Source: Alphaproteobacteria bacterium (GTDB taxonomy: Bacteria; Pseudomonadota; Alphaproteobacteria; UBA7985). Taken from it: 64,000 nucleotides of DNA. Of the stretch, positions 50,060-59,886 are shown one piece after another. The translations under genes and the position numbers were made by a program. The notes below the pieces were generated by a model. It had not been told where the DNA came from and did not search any database. It was given only the letters and a program-made list of their open reading frames with translations. Where the stretch lies: positions 22,633 to 86,632 of the forward strand of contig CAXQZM010000043.1 in the NCBI GenBank assembly GCA_964228455.1, read 5' to 3'. How positions within the stretch are numbered: position 1 is the stretch's first letter; each line of letters opens with the position of its first letter.

Positions 50060-51604
50060 ATGATTAAACAGATCCTTATGGCTGCCACTGCTGCAGCGAT
50101 TTTCACCAGCGCGGCTTCGGCAGAAACTGTGCGTTGGGCAAGAGCAGGCGACTCGCTCACGATGGACCCACACGCACAAAATGAAGGTCCGACGCATGCG
50201 CTAGCGCACCAAATTTATGACGGGCTTCTTCAGCGAGATATGTCGGGTGCGATTATCCCATCCTTGGCTACAGATTGGGCGGCATTAGCGGACAACCCTA
50301 ATGTTTGGCGTTTCAATTTGCGCCAGGGCGTAACTTTCCATGATGGAGCCGCATTTGATTCGGAGGATGTTGTTTTCTCAATTAACAGAGCAATGGCTGA
50401 CGGGTCTGACATGAAGGAGCTATTAAGTTCAGTGAAGGATGTTCGCGCAGTTGATGCCCATACGGTTGATATTGAGACACATGGAGCCAACCCGCTTTTG
50501 ATAAATAACCTGACCAACATGTTTATGATGGATAAGGGATGGGCGATGGCTAACGATGTTGAAACACCTCATAACTTCCAAGCCGGTGAAACTAACTACG
50601 CCACAATGAACACTAACGGAACTGGCGCATTTATGATGCAAAGCCGTGCTGTTGATGAGCGCACAGTATTGGTTGCTAACCCAGACTATTGGGGTGCGGA
50701 CTTGTATCCTAATGAAGTGACAGAAATCATCTACACACCAATCCAGTCAGCAGCGACAAGAATTGCTGCTTTGCTATCTGGCGAAGTTGATATCATTCAA
50801 GATGTTCCGCCTCAAGATTTAGATCGTGTTGCTAATACATCTGGTTTAAAGCTTGCTACAGCAGCTCAAAACCGGGTGATTTTCTTCGGTCTTAATCATG
50901 CTGACGGACCAACAAGCGACCTTCGTGTTCGTCAAGCCATGAACATGGCGATTAATCGTGATGCGATCAAACAAGTTGTTATGCGTGGCCAGTCCGATCC
51001 AACCGGCGTAATCATGCCTCCATTCGTTAATGGTTGGACTGAAGCGTTGAATACGGTTCCGGCAAATGACTTGGACGCTGCGAAAGCGCTAATGGCTGAT
51101 GCTGGATATGGCAACGGTTTTGCCACTACACTGAATTGCCCTAATGATCGCTACATTAATGATGAAGCTATCTGTCAGGCTGTTGTAGGAATGATGGCCC
51201 AAATTGGTATTGATGTGACGCTAGACGCTAAGCCAAAAGCGCAGCACTTTCCTTACATTCAATCCGGCGATTCTGACTTCTGGATGCTAGGTTGGGGCGT
51301 GCCAACATTTGACTCACATTATATCTTTAATTTCTTGATTCACAGTCAAACGGATGATCGCGGATCATGGAACCCGACTGGGTATTCTAACGCAGATGTT
51401 GATGCCATGATTGTGAGCTTGGAGTCAGAGACAGATCTAGCTGTCCGTGATGCAACTATCGCCAAAATTTGGGCGGCAGTTCAAGAAGCGCAGATCCATT
51501 TGCCTGTTCACAACCAAGTGTTGAACTGGGGCATGAAGGACAACATCGTATTTGATGTGCAGCCTGAAGATCAGCCTCACTTCCAATTCCTAAGCTTCCA
51601 ATAA
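50060..51604 (+). CDS. ABC transporter substrate-binding protein, family 5 (DppA/OppA-like)
   Basis: Signal peptide, ~510 aa, SBP_bac_5 architecture. GGAG RBS-like sequence upstream. Confidence 0.8.
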   Translation: MIKQILMAATAAAIFTSAASAETVRWARAGDSLTMDPHAQNEGPTHALAHQIYDGLLQRDMSGAIIPSLATDWAALADNPNVWRFNLRQGVTFHDGAAFDSEDVVFSINRAMADGSDMKELLSSVKDVRAVDAHTVDIETHGANPLLINNLTNMFMMDKGWAMANDVETPHNFQAGETNYATMNTNGTGAFMMQSRAVDERTVLVANPDYWGADLYPNEVTEIIYTPIQSAATRIAALLSGEVDIIQDVPPQDLDRVANTSGLKLATAAQNRVIFFGLNHADGPTSDLRVRQAMNMAINRDAIKQVVMRGQSDPTGVIMPPFVNGWTEALNTVPANDLDAAKALMADAGYGNGFATTLNCPNDRYINDEAICQAVVGMMAQIGIDVTLDAKPKAQHFPYIQSGDSDFWMLGWGVPTFDSHYIFNFLIHSQTDDRGSWNPTGYSNADVDAMIVSLESETDLAVRDATIAKIWAAVQEAQIHLPVHNQVLNWGMKDNIVFDVQPEDQPHFQFLSFQ

Positions 51605-51616
51605 GCTTTAACTGTG

Positions 51617-51648
51617 AGCTGGCCTTTTATTAGGCCAGCTTTTTTTTC
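51617..51648 (+). terminator. rho-independent terminator/attenuator after the SBP gene
   Basis: Stem AGCTGGCC / GGCCAGCT (8 bp) with loop TTTTATTA, followed by a T7 run. Lies in the 55-nt gap between the SBP and the first permease gene. Confidence 0.5.
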
Positions 51649-51659
51649 GAGAAAACTTT

Positions 51660-52643
51660 GTGGCTCTGATAATTCTTCGGCGTGTTGGGCAGGCAATTTT
51701 GGTTTTGCTGCTAGTTGCGTTGATTTCTTTTCTTATTTTTAGGTTTGTAGGTGACCCAGTAAACAGTCTTTTAGGGCAAGAGGCTACGGTTGCACAAAGA
51801 GCAGAGTTGCAGGAGCTTTTGGGCCTAAATGACCCAATTTATAAACAATATTTCGATTTCGTTTGGCGCGCGCTAAAGTTTGATTTCGGAACGTCATACC
51901 GGGGCGCGCAGCCGGTCGCGGATTTAATTGCGTCCCGCCTTCCCGCTACGCTCGAATTGGCGCTAGTCTCCGCAATTTTTGCCATGGTTTTTGGTGTAAT
52001 AACTGGGATCTACACAGCAATTAGGCGAGGCGGTTGGTTTGCCAATATTATTTTATCTGGGTCTTTAATTGGTGTGTCACTGCCAACGTTTTTAATTGGC
52101 GTGTTGCTGATTTGGGTGTTTGCAGTCGAGTTGTCTTGGCTGCCATCTTTTGGCAGAGGAGAAGTGGTTGATTTGGGATGGTGGAGCACAGGCTTTTTGA
52201 CAGTTTCGGGACTTAAGTCTCTCGTCTTGCCAGCGATTACCTTAGGGCTCTATCAATTGACTCTTATAATGCGGCTTACGCGATCCGAAATGCTTGAAGT
52301 TATGCGCCAGGACTACATTCGGTTTGCTCGAGCGCGCGGCTTGAGCCAGCGGCAAGTTCATTTCAGGCATGCAATGCCGAATACTCTAGTGCCAGTGGTG
52401 ACAATTGCTGGGCTCCAAATTGGTTCCATTGTAGCTTTTGCAATCATAACCGAGACTGTATTTCAATGGCCCGGTGTTGGCTTGCTTTTCATAAATTCAG
52501 TTAACTTTGTCGATATTCCTGTAATGAGCGCATACTTGTTGCTTGTAGGAACACTTTTTGTATTCATAAATCTTATCGTCGATTTGTTGTATCTAGCTAT
52601 TGATCCTAGATTGCGTGATGCCGGAAATGGAGAAAACCAGTAA
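51660..52643 (+). CDS. ABC transporter permease (DppB/OppB-like)
   Basis: BPD_transp_1 permease with an EAA-like loop; GTG start. Confidence 0.8.
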   Translation: MALIILRRVGQAILVLLLVALISFLIFRFVGDPVNSLLGQEATVAQRAELQELLGLNDPIYKQYFDFVWRALKFDFGTSYRGAQPVADLIASRLPATLELALVSAIFAMVFGVITGIYTAIRRGGWFANIILSGSLIGVSLPTFLIGVLLIWVFAVELSWLPSFGRGEVVDLGWWSTGFLTVSGLKSLVLPAITLGLYQLTLIMRLTRSEMLEVMRQDYIRFARARGLSQRQVHFRHAMPNTLVPVVTIAGLQIGSIVAFAIITETVFQWPGVGLLFINSVNFVDIPVMSAYLLLVGTLFVFINLIVDLLYLAIDPRLRDAGNGENQ

Positions 52644-53548
52644 TGCGTAGGTTTCTTGATTCTGATTTCATGTATGCTTTTCGAAGGTCGCCAGTGGCTA
52701 TCGTTTCCTTCGTATTAGTAATGGTTCTGATATTATCTGCCATCTTTGCACCTTGGATTGCGCCAACCAACCCCTTTGATGCAGGAAGCCTAAACTTAAT
52801 GAATGGTTTTACCGCGCCACTGACACCCAATATGTTCACTGGCGAGAGCTTTTTCCTCGGAACAGATGATCAGGGCCGGGACCTTTTTTCTGCTATTCTA
52901 TACGGTCTTCGCATATCGTTGTTCGTTGGAGCGATGGCTGTCTTGTTTGCAATGACTTTAGGGGTCATCTTGGGGCTGATCGCGGGATATGGCGGCGGAT
53001 GGCTTGATAATTTTATTATGCGCTTGGCGGATATTCAAATGACATTCCCATCCATCCTTATTGCAATGTTAATTTTTGGCGTGGCTAGAGGAATTTTGCC
53101 GCCAGAATTGAGAGATGAGATGGCAATTACGGTCCTGATTCTCTCTATAGGGCTCTCTGAATGGGTGCCGTTTGCTCGAACTGTTCGTGGCTCAACTCTG
53201 GTTGAGAAAGAAAAAGAATATGTTGCCGCCGCTCGCTTGATTGGCCTCAGCCGTTGGCAAATTATGCTGCGGCATATTTTACCCAACGTGCTGAGCCCGG
53301 TTCTTGTTATTGCAACAATTACACTCGCCTTGGCAATAATTGCAGAAGCGACCTTGTCTTTTTTAGGAGTTGGCGCTCCCCGCACGGAGCCAAGTTTAGG
53401 GACGTTGATAAGAGTGGGCCAGGACTTTTTATTTTCTGGGGAGTGGTGGATATTATTGTTTCCAGCTCTGACTCTATTAGCACTAGCGCTATCTGTGAAT
53501 TTGCTAGGTGACTGGCTGCGCGATACTTTAAATCCGCGGCTGAAGTAG
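52643..53548 (+). CDS. ABC transporter permease (DppC/OppC-like)
   Basis: N-terminal OppC_N-like segment plus the permease core; start overlaps the upstream stop. Confidence 0.8.
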   Translation: MRRFLDSDFMYAFRRSPVAIVSFVLVMVLILSAIFAPWIAPTNPFDAGSLNLMNGFTAPLTPNMFTGESFFLGTDDQGRDLFSAILYGLRISLFVGAMAVLFAMTLGVILGLIAGYGGGWLDNFIMRLADIQMTFPSILIAMLIFGVARGILPPELRDEMAITVLILSIGLSEWVPFARTVRGSTLVEKEKEYVAAARLIGLSRWQIMLRHILPNVLSPVLVIATITLALAIIAEATLSFLGVGAPRTEPSLGTLIRVGQDFLFSGEWWILLFPALTLLALALSVNLLGDWLRDTLNPRLK

Positions 53549-53561
53549 AGAGTGAATAGTT

Positions 53562-54518
53562 ATGAGTGCACCTCTTCTCTCAATTAAAGATTTAAGTGTC
53601 ACCTTCGAGTCTCGGTACGGAGTTTTGCGCGCAGTTGATAGGCTATCCTTGACAATGAAGCCTGGTGAAATTCTTGGTTTAGTTGGCGAGTCCGGGGCAG
53701 GAAAGTCTATGACAGGCTCCGCAATTATGGGTTTGATTGATCCACCAGGCCAGATATCAGGAGGTGAGATTTGGCTTGAGGGCGAAAGAGTTGATACTCA
53801 GCCAGAAATTTTTCGTGGGCCAAAGATTTCTATGATCTTCCAAGACCCGCTGACCAGTCTTAATCCGCTGAGAACGATAGGCGACCAGATTATTGAGACA
53901 ATTCGCCGTCATGCTAAGGTTACTAATGGTCAGGCGACGGACCGTGCTAAGCAGGTTTTGACAGATGTTGGAATTGATCCAGCTCGGTTGAATGACTACC
54001 CTCACGTATTCTCAGGAGGAATGCGCCAGCGCGTAGTAATAGCACTGGCCTTGGTTACAGAGCCCCGTCTAATAATTGCTGATGAGCCAACTACTGCTTT
54101 AGACGTATCAGTACAGGCACAAATTCTAGACTTATTGCAGGCATTGTGCCGAGATCGTGGAGCATCGGTCCTACTTATCACACATGACATGGGTGTAATT
54201 GCAGAGACAACTGACAGGGTTGCGGTTCTTTATGCTGGAAGACTCATTGAGGTTGGAGATACTCGGGCAGTGCTTACAGATCCGCAACATCCATACACAC
54301 GTGGGCTCGTAGCATCAACTCCGAGTGTTGATCCGAGCTTGAACGACGAACAGCTTTATCAAATTCCTGGTGCAATGCCTAAGCTTGACGCGTTGCCATC
54401 AGGTTGTGCCTTTCATCCACGCTGTGATTCGGCAACCTCTCAATGTGCTATGGAGCAACCACAATTTTTTGGCGAACGAGCAGCTTGCTGGTTGTTAGAT
54501 AAGAAGGAGCAATCATGA
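53562..54518 (+). CDS. ABC transporter ATP-binding protein (DppD/OppD-like)
   Basis: Walker A GESGAGKS, signature FSGGMRQRV, C-terminal oligopeptide-type extension containing cysteines. Confidence 0.85.
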   Translation: MSAPLLSIKDLSVTFESRYGVLRAVDRLSLTMKPGEILGLVGESGAGKSMTGSAIMGLIDPPGQISGGEIWLEGERVDTQPEIFRGPKISMIFQDPLTSLNPLRTIGDQIIETIRRHAKVTNGQATDRAKQVLTDVGIDPARLNDYPHVFSGGMRQRVVIALALVTEPRLIIADEPTTALDVSVQAQILDLLQALCRDRGASVLLITHDMGVIAETTDRVAVLYAGRLIEVGDTRAVLTDPQHPYTRGLVASTPSVDPSLNDEQLYQIPGAMPKLDALPSGCAFHPRCDSATSQCAMEQPQFFGERAACWLLDKKEQS

Positions 54519-55330
54519 GCTTCGTTCGGGTAGAGAGCGTTAGCCGGGAGTTTAGTCTCTCGCCAACCTGGCTAAGTCGAGTATTGCCATTTGTGGAGAG
54601 TAAAACTCTTACCGCGGTTGATCAGGTAAGTTTTGAAATTGAAAAAGGTACGACTTACGCGCTGGTGGGAGAGAGTGGTTCAGGTAAATCCACGCTCGCG
54701 AATATGGTAGTTGGCCTCCTAAGGCCCAGTACTGGAAACATTTACCTGGATGGGCAAGATCTGACAGACCCCGCTTTATCGCTCTCCGAGAAACGCGCGC
54801 TTCGCAGGCGAATTCAAATGGTGTTTCAGTCTCCTTACGCAAGCCTAAATCCTCGTTGGCGTGTGGGGGCTATTCTAGCAGAGCCCTTGCACGCGTTTAG
54901 TCTATGTCCTGGCCGCGCGGCTAAAGAATCCCGCGTGGCGGAGCTCTTGGAGCAGGTTGGCATGGCAGCAAGTGACGCTCGAAAATATCCGCATGAGTTC
55001 TCAGGGGGGCAGCGACAGCGTATCTCAATTGCTCGAGCGTTGGCCTCGGAGCCAGAAATAATTATCTGTGATGAGCCTACTTCTGCTCTTGATGTATCAG
55101 TGCAGGCTCAGGTGCTTAATTTGCTGAAGCAGCTGCAACGTGATCAAGGTTTAACATACCTATTTATTTCGCATGACTTGGCCGTGGTCTCTACCATTTC
55201 AAATCGGATTGGTGTTCTTAAGCACGGTCAGCTTGTAGAACAGCAGGCAGCTGCAGACTTGTTTAGTTCACCGAAGACGGATTATGCAAAGATGCTATTA
55301 AAAGCCGCGCCCAAAGTCAGTTTTAGTTAA
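54515..55330 (+). CDS. ABC transporter ATP-binding protein (DppF/OppF-like)
   Basis: Walker A GESGSGKST, signature FSGGQRQRISIARAL; 4-nt overlap with the upstream gene. Confidence 0.85.
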   Translation: MSFVRVESVSREFSLSPTWLSRVLPFVESKTLTAVDQVSFEIEKGTTYALVGESGSGKSTLANMVVGLLRPSTGNIYLDGQDLTDPALSLSEKRALRRRIQMVFQSPYASLNPRWRVGAILAEPLHAFSLCPGRAAKESRVAELLEQVGMAASDARKYPHEFSGGQRQRISIARALASEPEIIICDEPTSALDVSVQAQVLNLLKQLQRDQGLTYLFISHDLAVVSTISNRIGVLKHGQLVEQQAAADLFSSPKTDYAKMLLKAAPKVSFS

Positions 55331-55451
55331 ATCATATTTCTCACTGCGTAGGTAATAAGAATGTTAGTGACCAAGTGAGCAATTTTGAGGCGGATAAATT
55401 CATTAATCCGTATTAGTTTGTGTGAGGCTCAAGCCTCGGTATGGGGTCAAT

Positions 55452-57131
55452 ATGGGTAAGGCGAAAAAAAATATTCTTTTCATCATGTATGATCAGCTGA
55501 GATGGGACTACCTTAGCTGTGCTGGCCACCCTCATCTAGATACACCAAATTTTGATTGGCTTGCCAGCCAAGGTGTTCGCTTTAATCAAGCTTTCGCTCA
55601 ATCTGCTGTTTGCGGTGCATCTAGGATGTCTACGTATACGGGTCGCTATGTATCTAGTCATGGCGCAGCATGGAATGGTTTTCCGCTTAAAGTTGGAGAG
55701 CTTACCATTGGCGACCACCTCCGTAAGCTAGGCATGGATGCAGTATTGTTGGGGAAAACGCATATGCGAGCGGATGTAGAGGGAATGGAGCGGCTAGGTG
55801 TGGATCCAGATTCGGTAATTGGTGTTCGCGTCGCTGAATGTGGTTTTGATCCATATATTAGAGACGAAGGAATGGAGGTTGTTGGCCCCGATGGCCGGTA
55901 TTCTGATATCAGGTCTCCTTACAACGACTATTTATGGTCGATCGGCTATGAAAGTCTAAATCCTTGGCACGATCATGCGAACTCCGCAGTCGATGATAGT
56001 TTAAATGTTATGTCGGGCTTTGCGATGAAAAATTCGGCTTTGCCAGCAAACATAATTGAAAAAGATAGCGAGACGCCCTGGCTGACTTCAGAGATGATAA
56101 ATTGGCTGGAGAAAAGGAAGCCTGATGATCCGCCATGGTGTGTTCATCTATCGTTCATAAAGCCACACTGGCCGTATATAGCTCCCAAGCCATATAACAG
56201 CATGTACAATGGCCAGGACATTATTCCCCCCGTTGCAACAGAGGAAGAGCGCCGAAATAGTCATCCTGTATATCGTCAGTACCAGGACGGTGTGATAGCC
56301 GAAGGTTGGTCAAAAGAGGAGGTTCGCGAGCGTGCTATCCCAGCGTACATGGGCCTTATCAAGCAATGTGATGATCAGCTGGGTCGGCTTCTTGATTATT
56401 TACGCAAGAGCGACCGTCTTCAGAACACCATGATCATTTTGACCTCTGATCATGGAGACAATCTTGGTGACCACCATCTAGGGGAGAAAGACATGATGCA
56501 CGATAGCAGCATCCGTGTTCCACTAATAGTTTATGACCCTTCTCCCGATGCTGACAAGACTAGGGGCCTGGTATGTGATGCGCTCGTTGAGGGGATTGAT
56601 TTAGCTGCGACTTTTGTGGAATTTCATGGCGGCGAAATTGCCCTTAAAAATCTTGATCATATTTTAGAGGGGCGGTCTCTAATGCCCTGGCTAAAGGGGC
56701 AAAAGCCAAGTTGGAGAGAGTTCGCTGTTAGTGAATATGATTATTCAATGACCCCGTATCGAGCGCAGCTTGGGGTGTCGGTTAAGGATGCCCGTTGGAC
56801 CGTTCTCGTAGACCATCGCTGGAAGTTTACTCATTTTGAGGGTGGGTTTAGGCCAATGCTTTTTGATAGGATAAATGACCCTGAGGAGACGATCGATCTG
56901 GCTGAGGGTTCAACACCAGAGATTATTGACGCGCTGGAACTTATGTATCGTCGCCTGGCTTCCTTTCGTGCTCGTGTATGTCAGCGGACCACGCTGAGTA
57001 GCGATGAAATTATTTCTAAAACTGGAGCTTCACGCCGTCGCGGGGTAGTGTTGGGGATGTACGATGAAGGTGAGGCGCCAGAGCTTCTCGATGCGTATGG
57101 TAAAGCTGTTAAGAAGAACTACACACAGTGA
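55452..57131 (+). CDS. sulfatase-like hydrolase/transferase (alkaline-phosphatase superfamily)
   Basis: N-terminal NILFIMYDQLRWD block typical of sulfatases. The active-site region reads VCGASRMS (C-x-A-x-R, not the canonical C/S-x-P-x-R). Start set to the ATG at 55452. Confidence 0.65.
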   Translation: MGKAKKNILFIMYDQLRWDYLSCAGHPHLDTPNFDWLASQGVRFNQAFAQSAVCGASRMSTYTGRYVSSHGAAWNGFPLKVGELTIGDHLRKLGMDAVLLGKTHMRADVEGMERLGVDPDSVIGVRVAECGFDPYIRDEGMEVVGPDGRYSDIRSPYNDYLWSIGYESLNPWHDHANSAVDDSLNVMSGFAMKNSALPANIIEKDSETPWLTSEMINWLEKRKPDDPPWCVHLSFIKPHWPYIAPKPYNSMYNGQDIIPPVATEEERRNSHPVYRQYQDGVIAEGWSKEEVRERAIPAYMGLIKQCDDQLGRLLDYLRKSDRLQNTMIILTSDHGDNLGDHHLGEKDMMHDSSIRVPLIVYDPSPDADKTRGLVCDALVEGIDLAATFVEFHGGEIALKNLDHILEGRSLMPWLKGQKPSWREFAVSEYDYSMTPYRAQLGVSVKDARWTVLVDHRWKFTHFEGGFRPMLFDRINDPEETIDLAEGSTPEIIDALELMYRRLASFRARVCQRTTLSSDEIISKTGASRRRGVVLGMYDEGEAPELLDAYGKAVKKNYTQ

Positions 57132-57181
57132 CTAAATTTTAATTGCCCTCTGTTTAAACTCGAAAGTTTTGTAGATTATTA

Positions 57182-57225
57182 GTTGACATGTCATGCAATC
57201 TTTGAAAATATCGTGACATGTCAAC
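57182..57225. promoter_or_regulatory. putative MarR operator: perfect 12-bp inverted repeat with 20-bp spacer, overlapping the marR start codon
   Basis: GTTGACATGTCA (57182-57193), 20-bp spacer, TGACATGTCAAC (57214-57225). Each arm contains the 10-bp palindrome TGACATGTCA. The second arm covers the ATG at 57218. Confidence 0.5.
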
Positions 57226-57772
57226 TAATCTTAACAACTCTGACTTTGATTTAGCTACATTAAAGGGTTCGGTAATTCAGCAACGTGCATGGCTTCGAGC
57301 TAACCTAGTTAACCGGCTGTTTCGATTAGGAAATGCTCTGCAAAATCAAACACAGGCGTTATTAGCTGTGGAATCTGCTGATTTAAGTGTTGTTCAGTTT
57401 CGCATTATGCTGCGGCTATCGCAAGCGGGCTCACAAAATGTTCAAGGTATTGCTGATCTTTTAGGTACAGACCGTTCAAATGTTTCCCGCGCATTGCCTA
57501 GCCTGCTTGAAAAGGGCTGGATTGATCAGCAGCCAAGTGCAGAAGATCGTCGTCAGTCAATTATAACGCTGACACAGGCTGGTGAGAGAAAAGTGACACA
57601 GTCACGAAACGGTACAGATGCAAGATTAAGAGCGCTCAGAGCTGCCTTTAATAATGACGAATTCGAGCAGCTTTTGGCTTATCTAGACCGTCTCGATGAG
57701 GTGCTGGCAATGTCTAGTGACAGCTTTTCTCTCAGTCCAGGTTCGGTGTTAGAATTGCGAAAGTCAGCATGA
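57218..57772 (+). CDS. MarR family transcriptional regulator
   Basis: Winged-HTH region (VQGIADLLGTDRSNVSRALPSLLEKGWIDQQPSAEDRRQSIITLTQAG). ATGA overlap with the downstream ligI. Confidence 0.8.
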   Translation: MSTNLNNSDFDLATLKGSVIQQRAWLRANLVNRLFRLGNALQNQTQALLAVESADLSVVQFRIMLRLSQAGSQNVQGIADLLGTDRSNVSRALPSLLEKGWIDQQPSAEDRRQSIITLTQAGERKVTQSRNGTDARLRALRAAFNNDEFEQLLAYLDRLDEVLAMSSDSFSLSPGSVLELRKSA

Positions 57773-58650
57773 CAAGATTTGTAATGGATGCGGATTATCT
57801 TCCCTTTCACCCCCATCCAGCTAAGCCTATATTTGTTGCCCCACCGGGCGCTGTTGATGCCCACTGCCACGTGTTCGGACCAGGTGACAAATTTCCCTAT
57901 CATGAGGATAGAAAATATACACCATGCGACGCTGGGAAGGAAAAGCTCTTTGAGCTTCGCGAGCACTTAGGCCTATCTAGAAACGTAATTGTGCAGGCTT
58001 CGTGCCATGGCCCCGATAACCGCGCTCTAATTGACGCGCTGAACTCTGCTGGCGACCTTGCTCGCGGTGTGGCCTTTGTTACTCCAGATGTATCTGAAGC
58101 TGACTTGTTAATAATGCATGAAGCTGGGGTTCGCGGCGTACGATTTAATTTTCTGAAGCGATTAGTCGATAACAAGCCCCGCTCTGATTATTGGCAGATT
58201 ATTGAGAAAATAAAACCTTTTGGCTGGCATGTGGTTGTCTACTTTGAGGCGAACGAATTATTTGAAATTGAGGACCTTCTTAATGACATTCCAATGAAGG
58301 TAGTCATCGATCACATGGGTCGTCCTGATGTAAAATCGCCTCTCGATCACCCTGACTATCTTCGCATTAAGTCTTTAATGGACAATGAAAAGTTTTGGAT
58401 AAAGGTCTCTTGCCCGGAGCGGCTCACAAGAATGGGCCCTCCCTATGATGACGTTGTTCCATTTGCTAAAGATTTGGTTGCCAGTTTTTCTGATCGTGTG
58501 CTCTGGGGCACTGACTGGCCTCATCCAAATATGAAATCTCACCAACCAGATGAGGGCATGCTCCTCGATTTGATACCAACAATTGCGCCTACTGAAGATC
58601 TTCAGCGCAAGTTATTAGTTGATAACCCTATGAAACTATACTGGAGCTAA
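57769..58650 (+). CDS. ligI: 2-pyrone-4,6-dicarboxylate hydrolase (amidohydrolase-2)
   Basis: Close block-by-block agreement with my recollection of Sphingobium LigI: PPGAVDAHCHVFGP, NVIVQASCHG, GVRGVRFNFLKRLVD, VIDHMGRPD, WGTDWPHPNM. 293 aa. Confidence 0.8.
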   Translation: MTRFVMDADYLPFHPHPAKPIFVAPPGAVDAHCHVFGPGDKFPYHEDRKYTPCDAGKEKLFELREHLGLSRNVIVQASCHGPDNRALIDALNSAGDLARGVAFVTPDVSEADLLIMHEAGVRGVRFNFLKRLVDNKPRSDYWQIIEKIKPFGWHVVVYFEANELFEIEDLLNDIPMKVVIDHMGRPDVKSPLDHPDYLRIKSLMDNEKFWIKVSCPERLTRMGPPYDDVVPFAKDLVASFSDRVLWGTDWPHPNMKSHQPDEGMLLDLIPTIAPTEDLQRKLLVDNPMKLYWS

Positions 58651-58652
58651 AT

Positions 58653-59051
58653 ATGGCCACCGACCCTGCCTTAGACGATATTCCTGGGACTTATGTTTTT
58701 ACTACTCAGGCATGCCGACAAGGCTACCGCCTAAATAAGTTTTGCAAGTCATTAGATGTTGAATCTAATCGAGAATCTTTTCGCTCTGACCCTGATGCGT
58801 ATTTAGACCAATTTAAACTCTCAGACGAGCAAAGGCGCGTGATTGAGGAGCGCGATTGGCTTGGGATGCTAAAAATTGGTGGTAATATATATTATACTTT
58901 CAAGCTGTGCATTTTTGATGGTTTGTCGATGCAGCATGTTGGGGGTTTGATGTCAGATATGACTGTCGAAGACTTCCGGCAAATGATGATGGATGGCGGA
59001 AGGCCAGTTGCGGGAAATACATCTAAAAAGGAAAATAATAGAAATGGCTAA
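58653..59051 (+). CDS. ligA: protocatechuate 4,5-dioxygenase alpha subunit
   Basis: DDIPGT-VFT-Q--R-GY-LN-F and GGN-Y...KL blocks as in LigA; 132 aa. Confidence 0.8.
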   Translation: MATDPALDDIPGTYVFTTQACRQGYRLNKFCKSLDVESNRESFRSDPDAYLDQFKLSDEQRRVIEERDWLGMLKIGGNIYYTFKLCIFDGLSMQHVGGLMSDMTVEDFRQMMMDGGRPVAGNTSKKENNRNG

Positions 59052-59886
59052 GCTAATTTCAGGGGCAGCTATGTCCCATATACCGCCCATTGGTGCTGCA
59101 TCAGACAATGGGAAAACGCAAGACCCCTATTACAAGCCACTATTTGATGGGTTTGAGCCAGCTCGAAAGTGGATGCGTGATACGAAGCCTGATACAGTGA
59201 TTATAATCTACAACGATCATGCGAGTGCGTTCTCTGTAGATCTAATAAATACGTTTGTATTGGGCGTTGGAGAAGAGTTTGAACCTCACGATGAAGGCTA
59301 TGGTCCCCGGAAGGTTCCAACCGGTATTGGAAATCCTGAGTTAGCAGAGCACATGCTCGAACATCTAATCATGAACGATTTTGATTTGGCTCTCGCAAAT
59401 GAAATGACCGTAGACCACGGCTTTACTGTGCCCCTTACTACGATGTGTGGTGCGCCTGACGAGTGGCCTTGCAAGGTCATTCCGCTTTGTGTCAACGTGA
59501 TAAAGTACCCGCAGCCTAAAGGCTCTAGATGCTTTGCGCTTGGAAAGGAAATTCGTCGAGCTATCGATAGCTATGATAGTGATGAGACTGTTGCGATATG
59601 GGGAACAGGCGGCATGAGCCATCAGCTCCAAGGGGAGCGCGCCGGTTTTATCAACGAAGAGTTTGATACAATGTTTCTGGATAAGCTTGGACCAGATCCA
59701 GAAAGTTTAGCTCGTATCCCTCATATAGATTATCTGCGTGACGCAGGCTCAGAGGGTATTGAGCTTATCATGTGGCTTATAATGAGAGGTGCAATGAAGA
59801 GTCCTAAAGAAGTCTACAGAAATTATCACGTGCCCATGTCTAACACAGCCGCAGGCCTGATTTGTTACGATGAGCAGCAACAATGA
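59044..59886 (+). CDS. ligB: protocatechuate 4,5-dioxygenase beta subunit (class III extradiol dioxygenase)
   Basis: Strong recalled similarity to LigB: SHIPP-GAA, VIIIYNDHASAF, DHGFTVPL, WPCKVIPL-VNV, GTGGMSHQLQG, GSEG-EL-MWLIMRGA. Start ATG 59044 overlaps the ligA end by 8 nt. Confidence 0.9.
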   Translation: MAKLISGAAMSHIPPIGAASDNGKTQDPYYKPLFDGFEPARKWMRDTKPDTVIIIYNDHASAFSVDLINTFVLGVGEEFEPHDEGYGPRKVPTGIGNPELAEHMLEHLIMNDFDLALANEMTVDHGFTVPLTTMCGAPDEWPCKVIPLCVNVIKYPQPKGSRCFALGKEIRRAIDSYDSDETVAIWGTGGMSHQLQGERAGFINEEFDTMFLDKLGPDPESLARIPHIDYLRDAGSEGIELIMWLIMRGAMKSPKEVYRNYHVPMSNTAAGLICYDEQQQ

